Source: Planctomycetia bacterium
GTDB taxonomy: Bacteria; Planctomycetota; GCA-002687715
Direction of reading: 5' to 3'
NCBI GenBank assembly: GCA_005790545.1
Contig: SXUL01000036.1
Span: 80,123-144,122, forward strand
DNA length: 64,000 bases
How positions within the stretch are numbered: position 1 is the first letter of the stretch; every line of letters begins with the position of its first letter. Positions 9,361 through 17,479 of the stretch are shown piece after piece. The notes under the pieces were generated by a model that saw only the letters and a program-made list of their open reading frames with translations, had not been told where the DNA came from and ran no database searches. A program made the translations under genes and the position numbers.

Positions 9361-10263
9361 TCAGTGATCCCTCCCGGAGACCCAGTCAGCGAGCGCTCCG
9401 AGAAGGCCCCCGCCATCATAAGGTGCGATGACGCGCCGCGCTTCGTCTGCACATTGATGCGCATCTCGCCGTGCGGCTTCGAGACCGACCACCGCTGGCC
9501 AGGTGAGTTTGCCGCGCTCCATGTCTTTCCGCGTCGCCTTGCCGAGCTGCTCCGCAGTGGAGGTCTCGTCGAGAATGTCATCCGTGATCTGGAAGGCGAG
9601 GCCGAGGTGCTCGCCGTAGCGCGTGACGGCAGCCAGTGCGGAACGGTCGGCCCGCGCCGCAATGGCACCCATGCAACACGCGGCGCGGATCAAGGCCCCG
9701 GTCTTCCTGAGATGGATCGCACGCACCACTTCGAGATCCTTCGGGCCGTTCTCCGCAAGCAGGTCGAGCACCTGGCCACCGATCATGCCGCGCGTGCCCG
9801 TCGCTTCACCGAGAGCTGCGATGAGAGGCTGGACGAGGTCGCCCGCGGGCATTTCTCGTGCCAGCAGTTCGAAGGCGAGGCAGCAGAGTGCATCGCCAGC
9901 GAGAATGGCGGTGGCCTCGTCGAATTGCCGGTGGTTCGTGGGCCGGCCGCGACGGAGATCGTCATCGTCCATGGCTGGCAGGTCGTCGTGCACGAGACTG
10001 AAGGCGTGGATCAGCTCGAGGGCCGCGGCTGGCGCATCCAGAAGCGCGTCATCCGCACCGAGGGCCTGCCCAGTGGCGTAGACCAGTGACGGACGGAGAC
10101 GCTTGCCCGGAGCCAGTGCGGACCAGCGCATGGAGGCGTGGATGCGGCCGGGCACATCCGCCGCCGTCGGCAACCAGCGCTCAAGCACGGCATCAATGCG
10201 GCGGGCTGAGAGAGCGACGAAGCCGGGAGCGTCAGCGCGCGGGGCGTCGTTCTGGCGTTGCAT
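9361..10263 (-). CDS. ispA: farnesyl-diphosphate synthase / geranyltranstransferase
   Basis: Two Asp-rich motifs: FARM 'LVHDDLPAMDDDDLRRGRP' and SARM 'FQITDDILD'. Sits between xseB and dxs as in the classical xseB-ispA-dxs operon. Start chosen at the second Met; M1 at 10293 is also possible. Confidence 0.85.
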   Translation of the reverse strand: MQRQNDAPRADAPGFVALSARRIDAVLERWLPTAADVPGRIHASMRWSALAPGKRLRPSLVYATGQALGADDALLDAPAAALELIHAFSLVHDDLPAMDDDDLRRGRPTNHRQFDEATAILAGDALCCLAFELLAREMPAGDLVQPLIAALGEATGTRGMIGGQVLDLLAENGPKDLEVVRAIHLRKTGALIRAACCMGAIAARADRSALAAVTRYGEHLGLAFQITDDILDETSTAEQLGKATRKDMERGKLTWPAVVGLEAARRDAHQCADEARRVIAPYDGGGLLGALADWVSGRDH

Positions 10264-10486
10264 CCTCACCGCCTCTCCCCTCGCTGCCGTCATCTTTCGT
10301 GAGAACCTCGAGTCGTTTCTCGAAGGTGTCGAGATCCGCCTGCAGGCTCGCGCGGAGCTTGCGCCCCTCTTCGTAGCGGCTCACGGCATCCTCAAGAGAC
10401 AAGGCACCGCCTTCGAGCTCCTCGACGAGTTGACGGAGCTTCTCCATGCGTTGCTGGAATGTGCTGCTTTCCGCTGCGCGATTCAT
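10232..10486 (-). CDS. xseB: exodeoxyribonuclease VII small subunit
   Basis: 84 aa helical protein 'FQQRMEKLRQLVEELEGGALSLEDAVSRYEEGRKLRASLQADLDTFEKRLEVL', matching XseB. Lies between xseA and ispA. Confidence 0.85.
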   Translation of the reverse strand: MNRAAESSTFQQRMEKLRQLVEELEGGALSLEDAVSRYEEGRKLRASLQADLDTFEKRLEVLTKDDGSEGRGGEDATPERRPAR

Positions 10487-10510
10487 GAGCCGAAGGCTAG
10501 CAACCAGCGC

Positions 10511-11800
10511 TCAGCGAGGCGAGTCCGGGGCGCTGTGCGAGCGGATGGTTTCCCCGCTGCCGAGCAGGGTCTCGAGGATGGTGCCCGGAGGCGCATCCGC
10601 AGCGCGGCGGACGAGCGTGCCGTCGGCGCGCCGCGTCAGCGAATAACCGCGCTCCAGAATGGCGACCGGGCTCAAGGCCTCCAGAGCGGACGTGTGGCGC
10701 CCGAGCCTCGCCGCGGCGTCCTTCAGTTGGAGCCGCAACGCTGCGTCCATGCGGGCCGCGAGCAGTTGCACATCGCCACGCGAGCGACGCAGCCGCAGCG
10801 CCGGCGCGACCTGCCCGAGTCGCTCCCCCAAGCGGGCCACAAGTGCCTTGCGCTGTGCGAGCGGGCGGACAAGGCCGGCCTTGAGGCGCTCCGCGAGGAG
10901 GTCCAATTCCTGGCCCAACTCGCGCTGCCGCCGCGCGAGCGCACGCGGCATGCGCCGCTTGGCGTCGTCCAATTCCTCCAGCAGTTCATCGAGCCGCGGC
11001 ACGGCGCGCACCCCACCTTCAGTGGGCGTGAAGGCGCGGAGGTCAGCCACGAGGTCACAGAGGGTGACATCAATCTCGTGGCCGACGGCACTGATGACCG
11101 GCACAGGCGAGGCGGCGACGGCGCGCACCAGCGCCTCATCGTTGAAGGCCCACAGATCCTCGACCGAGCCACCACCGCGGCCGAGAATGATCACGTCCAC
11201 GCGCGCGCTGGCGGCGAGGCGCTGCAAAGCCTCGCGCAGCTCTTCCGCTGCTCCCGCTCCCTGCACCCGCGCGGGCGCGAGCAAGAGAGACATGGAAGGG
11301 AAACGCTTCCAGATGGCCTGCTTGATGTCCTCGATGGCAGCGCCGGTCGGCGAGGTCACGACTCCGACCATGCGCGGGAGGAACGGCAAGGGCCGCTTGC
11401 GCTCGGGGCTGGTGAGCCCTTCCTGGTCGAGGCGCTCCTTCAACGCAAGAAATGCGCGGCGCACATCGCCTTCGCCTTCGGGCACGAGGCTGTGCACGAT
11501 GATCTGAAAGCGCCCGGCCGCCGGCCAGATGGTGAGCTTTCCGCGCAAGACCACGCGCAGGCCCTCGGCGGGCTTGACCGAGATCTGCCGCGCGTCACGA
11601 GCGAACAACGCACAGGCCACGCTGGCTTCTGCATCTTTCAGCGCAAAGTAGATGTGCCCGGAAGCCTGCGCGGTCACACGCGAGATTTCTCCCACCACGC
11701 TCACATCACGAAACTGTGATTCGAGGAGATCGCGCGCCTTCTGGCTCACCTGCAGGACGGAAAGTGGCCGCGCCGCCGGCGGCTGCCCCATGAAGTTCAT
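10511..11800 (-). CDS. xseA: exodeoxyribonuclease VII large subunit
   Basis: N-terminal OB fold (VSVVGEISRVTAQASGHIYFALKD), catalytic core 'GVVTSPTGAAIEDI...IILGRGGGSVEDLWAFNDE' and C-terminal coiled coil. Start set at the Met that abuts the upstream gene stop. Confidence 0.9.
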   Translation of the reverse strand: MNFMGQPPAARPLSVLQVSQKARDLLESQFRDVSVVGEISRVTAQASGHIYFALKDAEASVACALFARDARQISVKPAEGLRVVLRGKLTIWPAAGRFQIIVHSLVPEGEGDVRRAFLALKERLDQEGLTSPERKRPLPFLPRMVGVVTSPTGAAIEDIKQAIWKRFPSMSLLLAPARVQGAGAAEELREALQRLAASARVDVIILGRGGGSVEDLWAFNDEALVRAVAASPVPVISAVGHEIDVTLCDLVADLRAFTPTEGGVRAVPRLDELLEELDDAKRRMPRALARRQRELGQELDLLAERLKAGLVRPLAQRKALVARLGERLGQVAPALRLRRSRGDVQLLAARMDAALRLQLKDAAARLGRHTSALEALSPVAILERGYSLTRRADGTLVRRAADAPPGTILETLLGSGETIRSHSAPDSPR

Positions 11801-12996
11801 GAGCCGCCAGCCACGGCAAAGGGCAGCTTCGCCGCAGTCCACGTCGCCGGCTCGACACCCGTCAGCACCATCTGATAACGGTCATTGAAGAAGGGCGAAC
11901 GCAAGGCGCGCGCAACGCCCTGATGGAAAGTCACCGTCCCGCGCACGAAGGAGAGTTCAAGAATGCGTGTGGGTGTCGTGAGCTGAAAGCTGAGGCGCTC
12001 TGCTTCCACCACACGCGCCAGGACGTCATCGCGGCTCCACACTTCAAACACCACGTTGGTGAATCCGAGACTGTCAACGCCCGCGGCCGAACGGAGGACA
12101 TGACGCTCGTAGCCGTTGTGTCGGGCGAGCAGCGCATTGAGATCGGCGAGCAGCGCCGCATCCGCTTCGCGCAGGTCCGCTTTCGGCGCCTGCCCGGTGG
12201 CTGCCGTGCGCTCTTTCAGCGGAGTCACCGGCACCGGTTGTGCGGCCCGCAGTTCCTCGATGATGCGATTCTGTTCCTGGATGAGCTTCTGGTCCGCCAG
12301 CACGCGTTCGGTGAGGCGCGTGAGCTCCTGACGCGCAAGGCCGAGATCCGCAGCCACGCGTTCTTCTCGCGCCGCGGCAGCCCCGATGCGCTCCTCGCCT
12401 ACCTTCACTTCACCTCTGGCTGCGTCGCGTTCCCGCGCGATGTTGGCCCGTTCCATGGCGTTGGCTTCGAAGGCCGTCCGCAGACGCGCGAGTTCCTGGA
12501 GAAGCACATCGCGCTCGACGCCCTCGACACCACGGATGCGTTCCTCGAGCGCCTCCAGTGCAGCCACGCGCGAGCTCTCTTTCCCCTCATCGGTGCGCAG
12601 GGCGTCGGCCACATCACCACCAAAGCTCTTGAAGGCGAACACGACGGCAGCCGCGAGCACGAGGATGCCGAGTGCGATCAACCAGAACAGGCGCCGGCTC
12701 GCCGGGCGCGTGGATTCGAGGCGCGCGGCCAGCGCTTCCTGCGAATGCCGCATGGCCTCGAACGAATCATTCAGAGCCTGCGTGGACCGGATCATCAGAT
12801 CCGAACGGCTGCGATCGCGCATTTCACCCGCGAGCTTCTGCTGCTCTTCGTGCATGCGGCGCAACACTTCCGCCTGCATTTGCAGAGCCGCGCCCAGACC
12901 TTCCAGTGCCGCCACATCGCGCCGGGGTTGCACGCTGGGGAGCTGGCCCTCAGCGCCGCTCGGCTGTTCTTCGTTCTGGTGCAGAGCATCACTCAT
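11797..12996 (-). CDS. hypothetical membrane protein with long coiled-coil region
   Basis: 399 aa. Single TM helix (LFWLIALGILVLAAAVVFAF) flanked by Glu/Arg/Ala/Leu-rich heptad-like segments. No family assignment. Confidence 0.45.
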   Translation of the reverse strand: MSDALHQNEEQPSGAEGQLPSVQPRRDVAALEGLGAALQMQAEVLRRMHEEQQKLAGEMRDRSRSDLMIRSTQALNDSFEAMRHSQEALAARLESTRPASRRLFWLIALGILVLAAAVVFAFKSFGGDVADALRTDEGKESSRVAALEALEERIRGVEGVERDVLLQELARLRTAFEANAMERANIARERDAARGEVKVGEERIGAAAAREERVAADLGLARQELTRLTERVLADQKLIQEQNRIIEELRAAQPVPVTPLKERTAATGQAPKADLREADAALLADLNALLARHNGYERHVLRSAAGVDSLGFTNVVFEVWSRDDVLARVVEAERLSFQLTTPTRILELSFVRGTVTFHQGVARALRSPFFNDRYQMVLTGVEPATWTAAKLPFAVAGGS

Positions 12997-13565
12997 CTGT
13001 TCACGGCACTTTCCCGGAGCAGGACCTCGATGGAATTGGGTGCCGCGTCATCGAGAGCCCGCCGCGTGGCACTGCGGGCCACCAGCAGGACGCCCGCGAT
13101 GGAACCCGTCGCACCCGGCTCCAGAGTGAGCGGCGGATCGGTGACGCAACTGAGCGCGCGCTGATGTCCGGGTGCGAGCGGTTCTTCCAGACGACCTTCA
13201 AGAAGTGCGCCGAAAGGGGCCTCGCCCGCAAGCGCAGGGACGAGCCGTGCCTCACGACCACCACTCACGATGCGCGCCCCCTGCAAGGAAACGGTCTGCG
13301 CCTCCGGGCCATGGTTTTCGATCACGAGGTCGATGCGGCCCCTGCCGAGCACCGGTTCCGCCAGCGCACGTCTCTCAGGAACGGCAAAGCGCTCGCGCAC
13401 CAGCACGTGTAGCCCGCCACTGTCGCCGCTGAGCACCGTGATCAGGCGCGGTTCTTCAGCAGCGGGTGGCGGCACTTCGTTCCTCTCGCGCCGCCCTGCG
13501 AGGTGATGCACAAGGAGCATGGCCGCGAGCGCCAGCATGGAGAGAATGAGCAACACCCGCGCCAT
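12993..13565 (-). CDS. hypothetical membrane-anchored protein
   Basis: 190 aa. N-terminal TM/signal anchor (MARVLLILSMLALAAMLLVHHL). ATGA overlap with the downstream gene. Confidence 0.4.
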   Translation of the reverse strand: MARVLLILSMLALAAMLLVHHLAGRRERNEVPPPAAEEPRLITVLSGDSGGLHVLVRERFAVPERRALAEPVLGRGRIDLVIENHGPEAQTVSLQGARIVSGGREARLVPALAGEAPFGALLEGRLEEPLAPGHQRALSCVTDPPLTLEPGATGSIAGVLLVARSATRRALDDAAPNSIEVLLRESAVNR

Positions 13566-13571
13566 GTGATC

Positions 13572-14321
13572 TCACCAGGCCGTGGCCTTCTTGCCCGTGT
13601 CGTTCCACCACTTCTGCCAGGCGGGTGCGCCTTCGACGCCTGTCTTCACCCCGGTGAGGAGTTTGAGACTGCCCTCGGTCGCACGCTTGATCTTCTCGAG
13701 GTTGTTCTTGGCAGTCGTGTCGCGCGGATCGTTGGCGGCGCTCCAGGCGCTGTTGTAGATCTTCAGCATGGCTTCGACCGCTTCCTTCTTCTGTGCCAGC
13801 GGCGATTCCCGATAGAAGCCGAGCGCTTCGGCGGCGGAGCCTCGCACCTCCCAGTCCTTGTAGTTCATGTACTTGGTGAGGAACGGGAGCTGCTTCGCGC
13901 TGTGCAGCTTGCCGACGGCCACCAGCACCTGGCCGTGATAGGTGAGGTCCTGTGCCGTCGTCTTTTTGCCAGCTTCGTCCGCAAGGATCTTCGCCGAAGT
14001 GTCGGCGTCCTTTTCCTTCACTCCGCCACCCATGCGGGCGATGGCTTCCACCATGGCGCCGCGCACCTTCGCATCCTTCGCGTTGAGACACTTCGGCAGC
14101 AAGGTGTGGATCTCCTTCCTCTGCGCCTCGTCGGCTGCATCCCATTTCTCGGACACGAGCTTGGTGAAGTGCTCCATGTCCGCTTCGATCTTGCCTTTCA
14201 CCGCGCCCTGCAGACCGGTGAGCGCTTCGGCCAGCGCGGTCTTGTCCGCCTCGCTCGCTTGCGCTTCGAGAACGCTTCCGATCAGCAACACGCAGCAAGA
14301 AACCACAAGGAATCGCATCAT
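13572..14321 (-). CDS. secreted HEAT/ARM-like repeat protein
   Basis: Start at Met giving signal peptide MMRFLVVSCCVLLIGSVLEAQA. Repeated helical units (..VRGAMVEAIARMG.., ..VRGSAAEALGFY..) typical of PBS-lyase HEAT-like repeats. Confidence 0.5.
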   Translation of the reverse strand: MMRFLVVSCCVLLIGSVLEAQASEADKTALAEALTGLQGAVKGKIEADMEHFTKLVSEKWDAADEAQRKEIHTLLPKCLNAKDAKVRGAMVEAIARMGGGVKEKDADTSAKILADEAGKKTTAQDLTYHGQVLVAVGKLHSAKQLPFLTKYMNYKDWEVRGSAAEALGFYRESPLAQKKEAVEAMLKIYNSAWSAANDPRDTTAKNNLEKIKRATEGSLKLLTGVKTGVEGAPAWQKWWNDTGKKATAW

Positions 14322-14384
14322 GGGACAAACCTCCGGCACGTCTTGCATTCTCCGGCGGCGGCCGCTTTGCGGCAAGCCTCCGGG

Positions 14385-15197
14385 TCACGCAGGGGACGCA
14401 TGCACAGCCTCCGCAAGCAGCCGGGTGACAGGGCCGTTCACGAGAGGCAGAGCTTGATGTTCCAACGCAGCCACGGCGCGAATGCCCCGCACGGAAGCCG
14501 CGATGAATGCCTCCTCGGCGCCGAGGACATCGGCCGCGGTGAGTTCGCGCTCCTCCACAGGGATGGCCTGACGTACTGCTGCTGCCAGCAGGACCTCGCG
14601 AGTGATGCCCGGCAGAATCGGCAGCAGAACGGGAGGCGTGCAGAGCCGCCCCTGTTTCACCAGAAAGAATGTCGAGCGCGTGCCCTCGAGAATCCGGCCA
14701 TCCGGCATGCGGAGCAGGACTTCATCGAATCCCATGCGCTGACCGGCCTCGAACGCGAGCCTCGCCGAGAGGCCATTCATGGTCTTGTGCTGCGCGAGCG
14801 GGCGCGGCCCGTCAAAGGGTGGCAGCGCCCATCCGAGATGCACCGGCTTCGACGCGTCAGCGGGCAGTTCCTCGGTCTGAATGACACGTTGCGTTGACCG
14901 GCCGAGGTGCAGCAGCGTCACGCGCAGCAGCGCTTCACCCGCCGCGGTCGCAGCACGCGTGCACTCTCGCGCGAGGACCCCGCCTTCAGGAGGCGCAGGA
15001 AAGTTCAGCGCGGAAGCTGAGACCCGCAGCCGCTCCAGATGGCGTTCGAGATGCACAACGCCACCCTGGCTGACGCGCATGGTTTCGTAGAGCCCCGCGC
15101 CGGAGAGCAATGCGGGCGCCGCGAGTTCCAGCGCGACACGCGCTGTCGAGCGGAGTTCGCCATCGATGAGCACACAGAAACGCGAGTCGAGCATCAT
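14385..15197 (-). CDS. pabC: aminodeoxychorismate lyase / class IV (D-amino-acid/branched-chain) aminotransferase-fold protein
   Basis: 270 aa fold-type IV PLP enzyme (..EGTRSTFFLVKQGRLCTPPV..GITR..). Translationally coupled (ATGA) to the upstream aminodeoxychorismate/anthranilate synthase component I gene. Confidence 0.65.
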   Translation of the reverse strand: MMLDSRFCVLIDGELRSTARVALELAAPALLSGAGLYETMRVSQGGVVHLERHLERLRVSASALNFPAPPEGGVLARECTRAATAAGEALLRVTLLHLGRSTQRVIQTEELPADASKPVHLGWALPPFDGPRPLAQHKTMNGLSARLAFEAGQRMGFDEVLLRMPDGRILEGTRSTFFLVKQGRLCTPPVLLPILPGITREVLLAAAVRQAIPVEERELTAADVLGAEEAFIAASVRGIRAVAALEHQALPLVNGPVTRLLAEAVHASPA

Positions 15198-16534
15198 TCC
15201 TGCCCCAAGAGTGCAGCCACCTTCTGCAGCGTCTCTTCCCGCTCCGCTGCGGGATCGGAGTCGAGCACGATACCGCCCCCCGCGTGGAGGTGCAGCACAC
15301 CTCCGCCGCTGTAAAGAGTACGGATGAGGATATTGAAACGGCTGCTGCCATCGCAGCCAATCCAACCGAGCGAGCCGCAATAGGGGCCGCGCGCCTCGGC
15401 CTCCAGAGCATCGATGATCTCCATGGCCCGGATGCGCGGCGCGCCCGTGATGGATCCGCCGGGGTGCGCAGCACGCAGCAAGTCCACCAGTCCGAGTCCC
15501 GGGCGCAGTTCTCCGGTGACTTCGGCCACCAGATGGAGCACCGTCGGATGCACTTCAACATCCACAGGCGAAGGCACGCGCACCGTGCCCGGGCGGCACA
15601 CGCGCGCGAGGTCATTCCTCAGAATGTCCACGATCATGGCGAGTTCCGCACGGTCCTTGGTGGAGGAACGCAGTTCCGTGGCGCGCTGCCGATCTTCCTC
15701 CGTGGTGTGACCGCGAGCGATCGTGCCCTTGATGGGACGCGTCCTCACCGCGGCGCCCTGCACATGCAGGAACTCCTCCGGCGAAAAGGAGAGCAGTGCT
15801 TCGCCCTCATGCTCGAGCCAAGCCCCGAAGCTGGGCGGATTGAGCCGCCGCAACGCGACATGATGCTCGAGAAGATCCGCCGGCCGCGCGAGAGTCCAGT
15901 GCTGCGCGAGATTGGCCTGATAGATGTCGCCGCGCCGGATGTGCTCCAGCGCGCAACGGACCCGCGCCTCGTGCGCCGCCGCATCGGGAGCCTCCAATAC
16001 GGTGGGTGCCACGCTCGACATTGGCGGGAGCGGCCTCTGCAGCGCCTCCAATACGGCCGAGCGCTGCGCAAGAAGCTCGGCTTGCGCCGGATCGTTGTCG
16101 CCGCCATGCAGAACCGCCAGTCGGCCCAAGCCCGTCTGTTCGTCCCGCACCACCGTGACACGACTCTCGATGACAAGGAGATCGGGCAAGGTGGAGAGTG
16201 GCTGATGTCTTCCCGGCAACTCCTCGAGGGCATGCCTCAGTTCGTAACTGAGAAGAGCGACGCAACCGCCGCTGTACTCCGGAGCACCCGGAACGCGTGG
16301 TGCAGCGCCGAGCCGCTCGGCGAGCAGCGCAAAAGGGTCACCTGCATCGCCGCGGCGCCAAGAAAGTCGCCGTCCAAAGGGAAGCGCCAGCACACTGCTG
16401 CGACCGTGGGGAGGACCGCCGCCACTGTCCAACAGAACGGGTGGGCCGAGATGCCTGAGGCGCAGCAGCAGTTCGCCTGCATCCGGCAGCGCACCGAGAT
16501 CTTCCATGTGCGGGTGAAACCCGACTGACGACAT
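15194..16534 (-). CDS. pabB: chorismate-utilising enzyme, aminodeoxychorismate synthase component I (PabB) / anthranilate synthase component I family
   Basis: 446 aa with the chorismate-binding C-terminal domain 'GTIARGHTTEEDRQRATELRSSTKDRAELAMIVDILRNDLARVC...GGSITGAPRIRAMEIIDALE...PYCGSLGWIG'. Adjacent pabC-like gene supports PabB. Confidence 0.8.
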   Translation of the reverse strand: MSSVGFHPHMEDLGALPDAGELLLRLRHLGPPVLLDSGGGPPHGRSSVLALPFGRRLSWRRGDAGDPFALLAERLGAAPRVPGAPEYSGGCVALLSYELRHALEELPGRHQPLSTLPDLLVIESRVTVVRDEQTGLGRLAVLHGGDNDPAQAELLAQRSAVLEALQRPLPPMSSVAPTVLEAPDAAAHEARVRCALEHIRRGDIYQANLAQHWTLARPADLLEHHVALRRLNPPSFGAWLEHEGEALLSFSPEEFLHVQGAAVRTRPIKGTIARGHTTEEDRQRATELRSSTKDRAELAMIVDILRNDLARVCRPGTVRVPSPVDVEVHPTVLHLVAEVTGELRPGLGLVDLLRAAHPGGSITGAPRIRAMEIIDALEAEARGPYCGSLGWIGCDGSSRFNILIRTLYSGGGVLHLHAGGGIVLDSDPAAEREETLQKVAALLGQE

Positions 16535-16570
16535 GGCGCGAGTCTAGCGAGGGGCTGTATCCTGCGGCCA

Positions 16571-17479
16571 GTGAAGCACCTGCGGGCATTCCTGACCCAC
16601 CTCGAACACGTGCGCGGCATGTCCATCCACACGGTGGCTGCTGCTGCGCGCGATCTCACGGCACTCGCTGCAGAACACGGCGGCGTCGCAGCCGACCCGG
16701 CCACTCTCGCCACCCCGCAATTGAAGAGCCACATTGTCGGCCTGGTGGGACGCGGCCTCGCCCGGAGTTCGGTCGCACGACACGCCTCCTCCATCCGCAC
16801 GTTTTTCCGCTGGCTCCTCGACGCTGGTCACATCGAAGTCGATCCGTCGCGCAGCCTGAAGGTCCCGCGGCCTCGGCGCAGCCTGCCGAAGGCGCTCTCA
16901 TCAGAAGACCTGCTGCGTCTCCTCAGCGCCGCGGGCGGCGACGATTTCACCTGCACCCGCGATCGTGCAGTGCTTGAAGTGCTGTACAGCTCCGGTGTGC
17001 GCGTGAGCGAAATGGCTGGATTGTCCCGGGAGGATCTCGATATGCGCTCGGGCCGCATGCGCGTCCTCGGCAAAGGGCGTCGTGAGCGACAGGCCTTTCT
17101 CGGCCGCCATGCCTTGAAGGCACTTGCGGATTGGTGGCCGCTGCGAACAGGGGTCGCGAAGGGCAAGGACCGAGACCGCGTTTTTCTGAACCGCTTCGGC
17201 ACGCCCCTCACCGACAGGAGCATCCGGCGCGTACTGGCGCGGCGCATCCGCGGCGCCGGACTGCCCAGCGGCATCACACCGCACACCCTCCGCCACACCT
17301 TTGCCACGCATTTGCTGACTGCTGGCGCGGGCCTCAAGGAAGTGCAGGAGATGCTCGGCCACCGGCATCTCTCAAGCACGCAGATCTACACCCACGTGAC
17401 ACCGGGCCACCTGAAGAAGGTGCATGAACGCGCGCACCCCCGCGGCAAAGTCAGTCCTCGCACTCCTGTTGGTGCTTGA
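16571..17479 (+). CDS. tyrosine recombinase, XerC/XerD family
   Basis: 302 aa. N-terminal SAM-like core-binding domain and C-terminal catalytic domain with R..HxxR..Y signature ('TPHTLRHTFATHLL...LGHRHLSSTQIYTHV'). No flanking repeats or phage genes, so it is probably the chromosomal dimer-resolution recombinase. Confidence 0.9.
   Translation: MKHLRAFLTHLEHVRGMSIHTVAAAARDLTALAAEHGGVAADPATLATPQLKSHIVGLVGRGLARSSVARHASSIRTFFRWLLDAGHIEVDPSRSLKVPRPRRSLPKALSSEDLLRLLSAAGGDDFTCTRDRAVLEVLYSSGVRVSEMAGLSREDLDMRSGRMRVLGKGRRERQAFLGRHALKALADWWPLRTGVAKGKDRDRVFLNRFGTPLTDRSIRRVLARRIRGAGLPSGITPHTLRHTFATHLLTAGAGLKEVQEMLGHRHLSSTQIYTHVTPGHLKKVHERAHPRGKVSPRTPVGA

Noticed and set aside
9360-9668. 103-codon N-terminal extension of dxs in the ORF track
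   Set aside because: Not Dxs-like (Ser/Arg/Pro-rich) and would overlap ispA by about 300 nt. The conserved Dxs N-terminus begins at the Met at 9359.
15284-16528. 414-aa plus-strand ORF antisense to pabB
   Set aside because: Arg/His/Ala-rich low-complexity translation with no domain; pabB on the other strand is strongly supported.
16571-17479. Xer-family recombinase as a marker of an integrated mobile element
   Set aside because: No adjacent phage or transposase genes, no direct repeats flanking, and it is embedded in housekeeping context. Best interpreted as the chromosomal XerC/D dimer-resolution recombinase.
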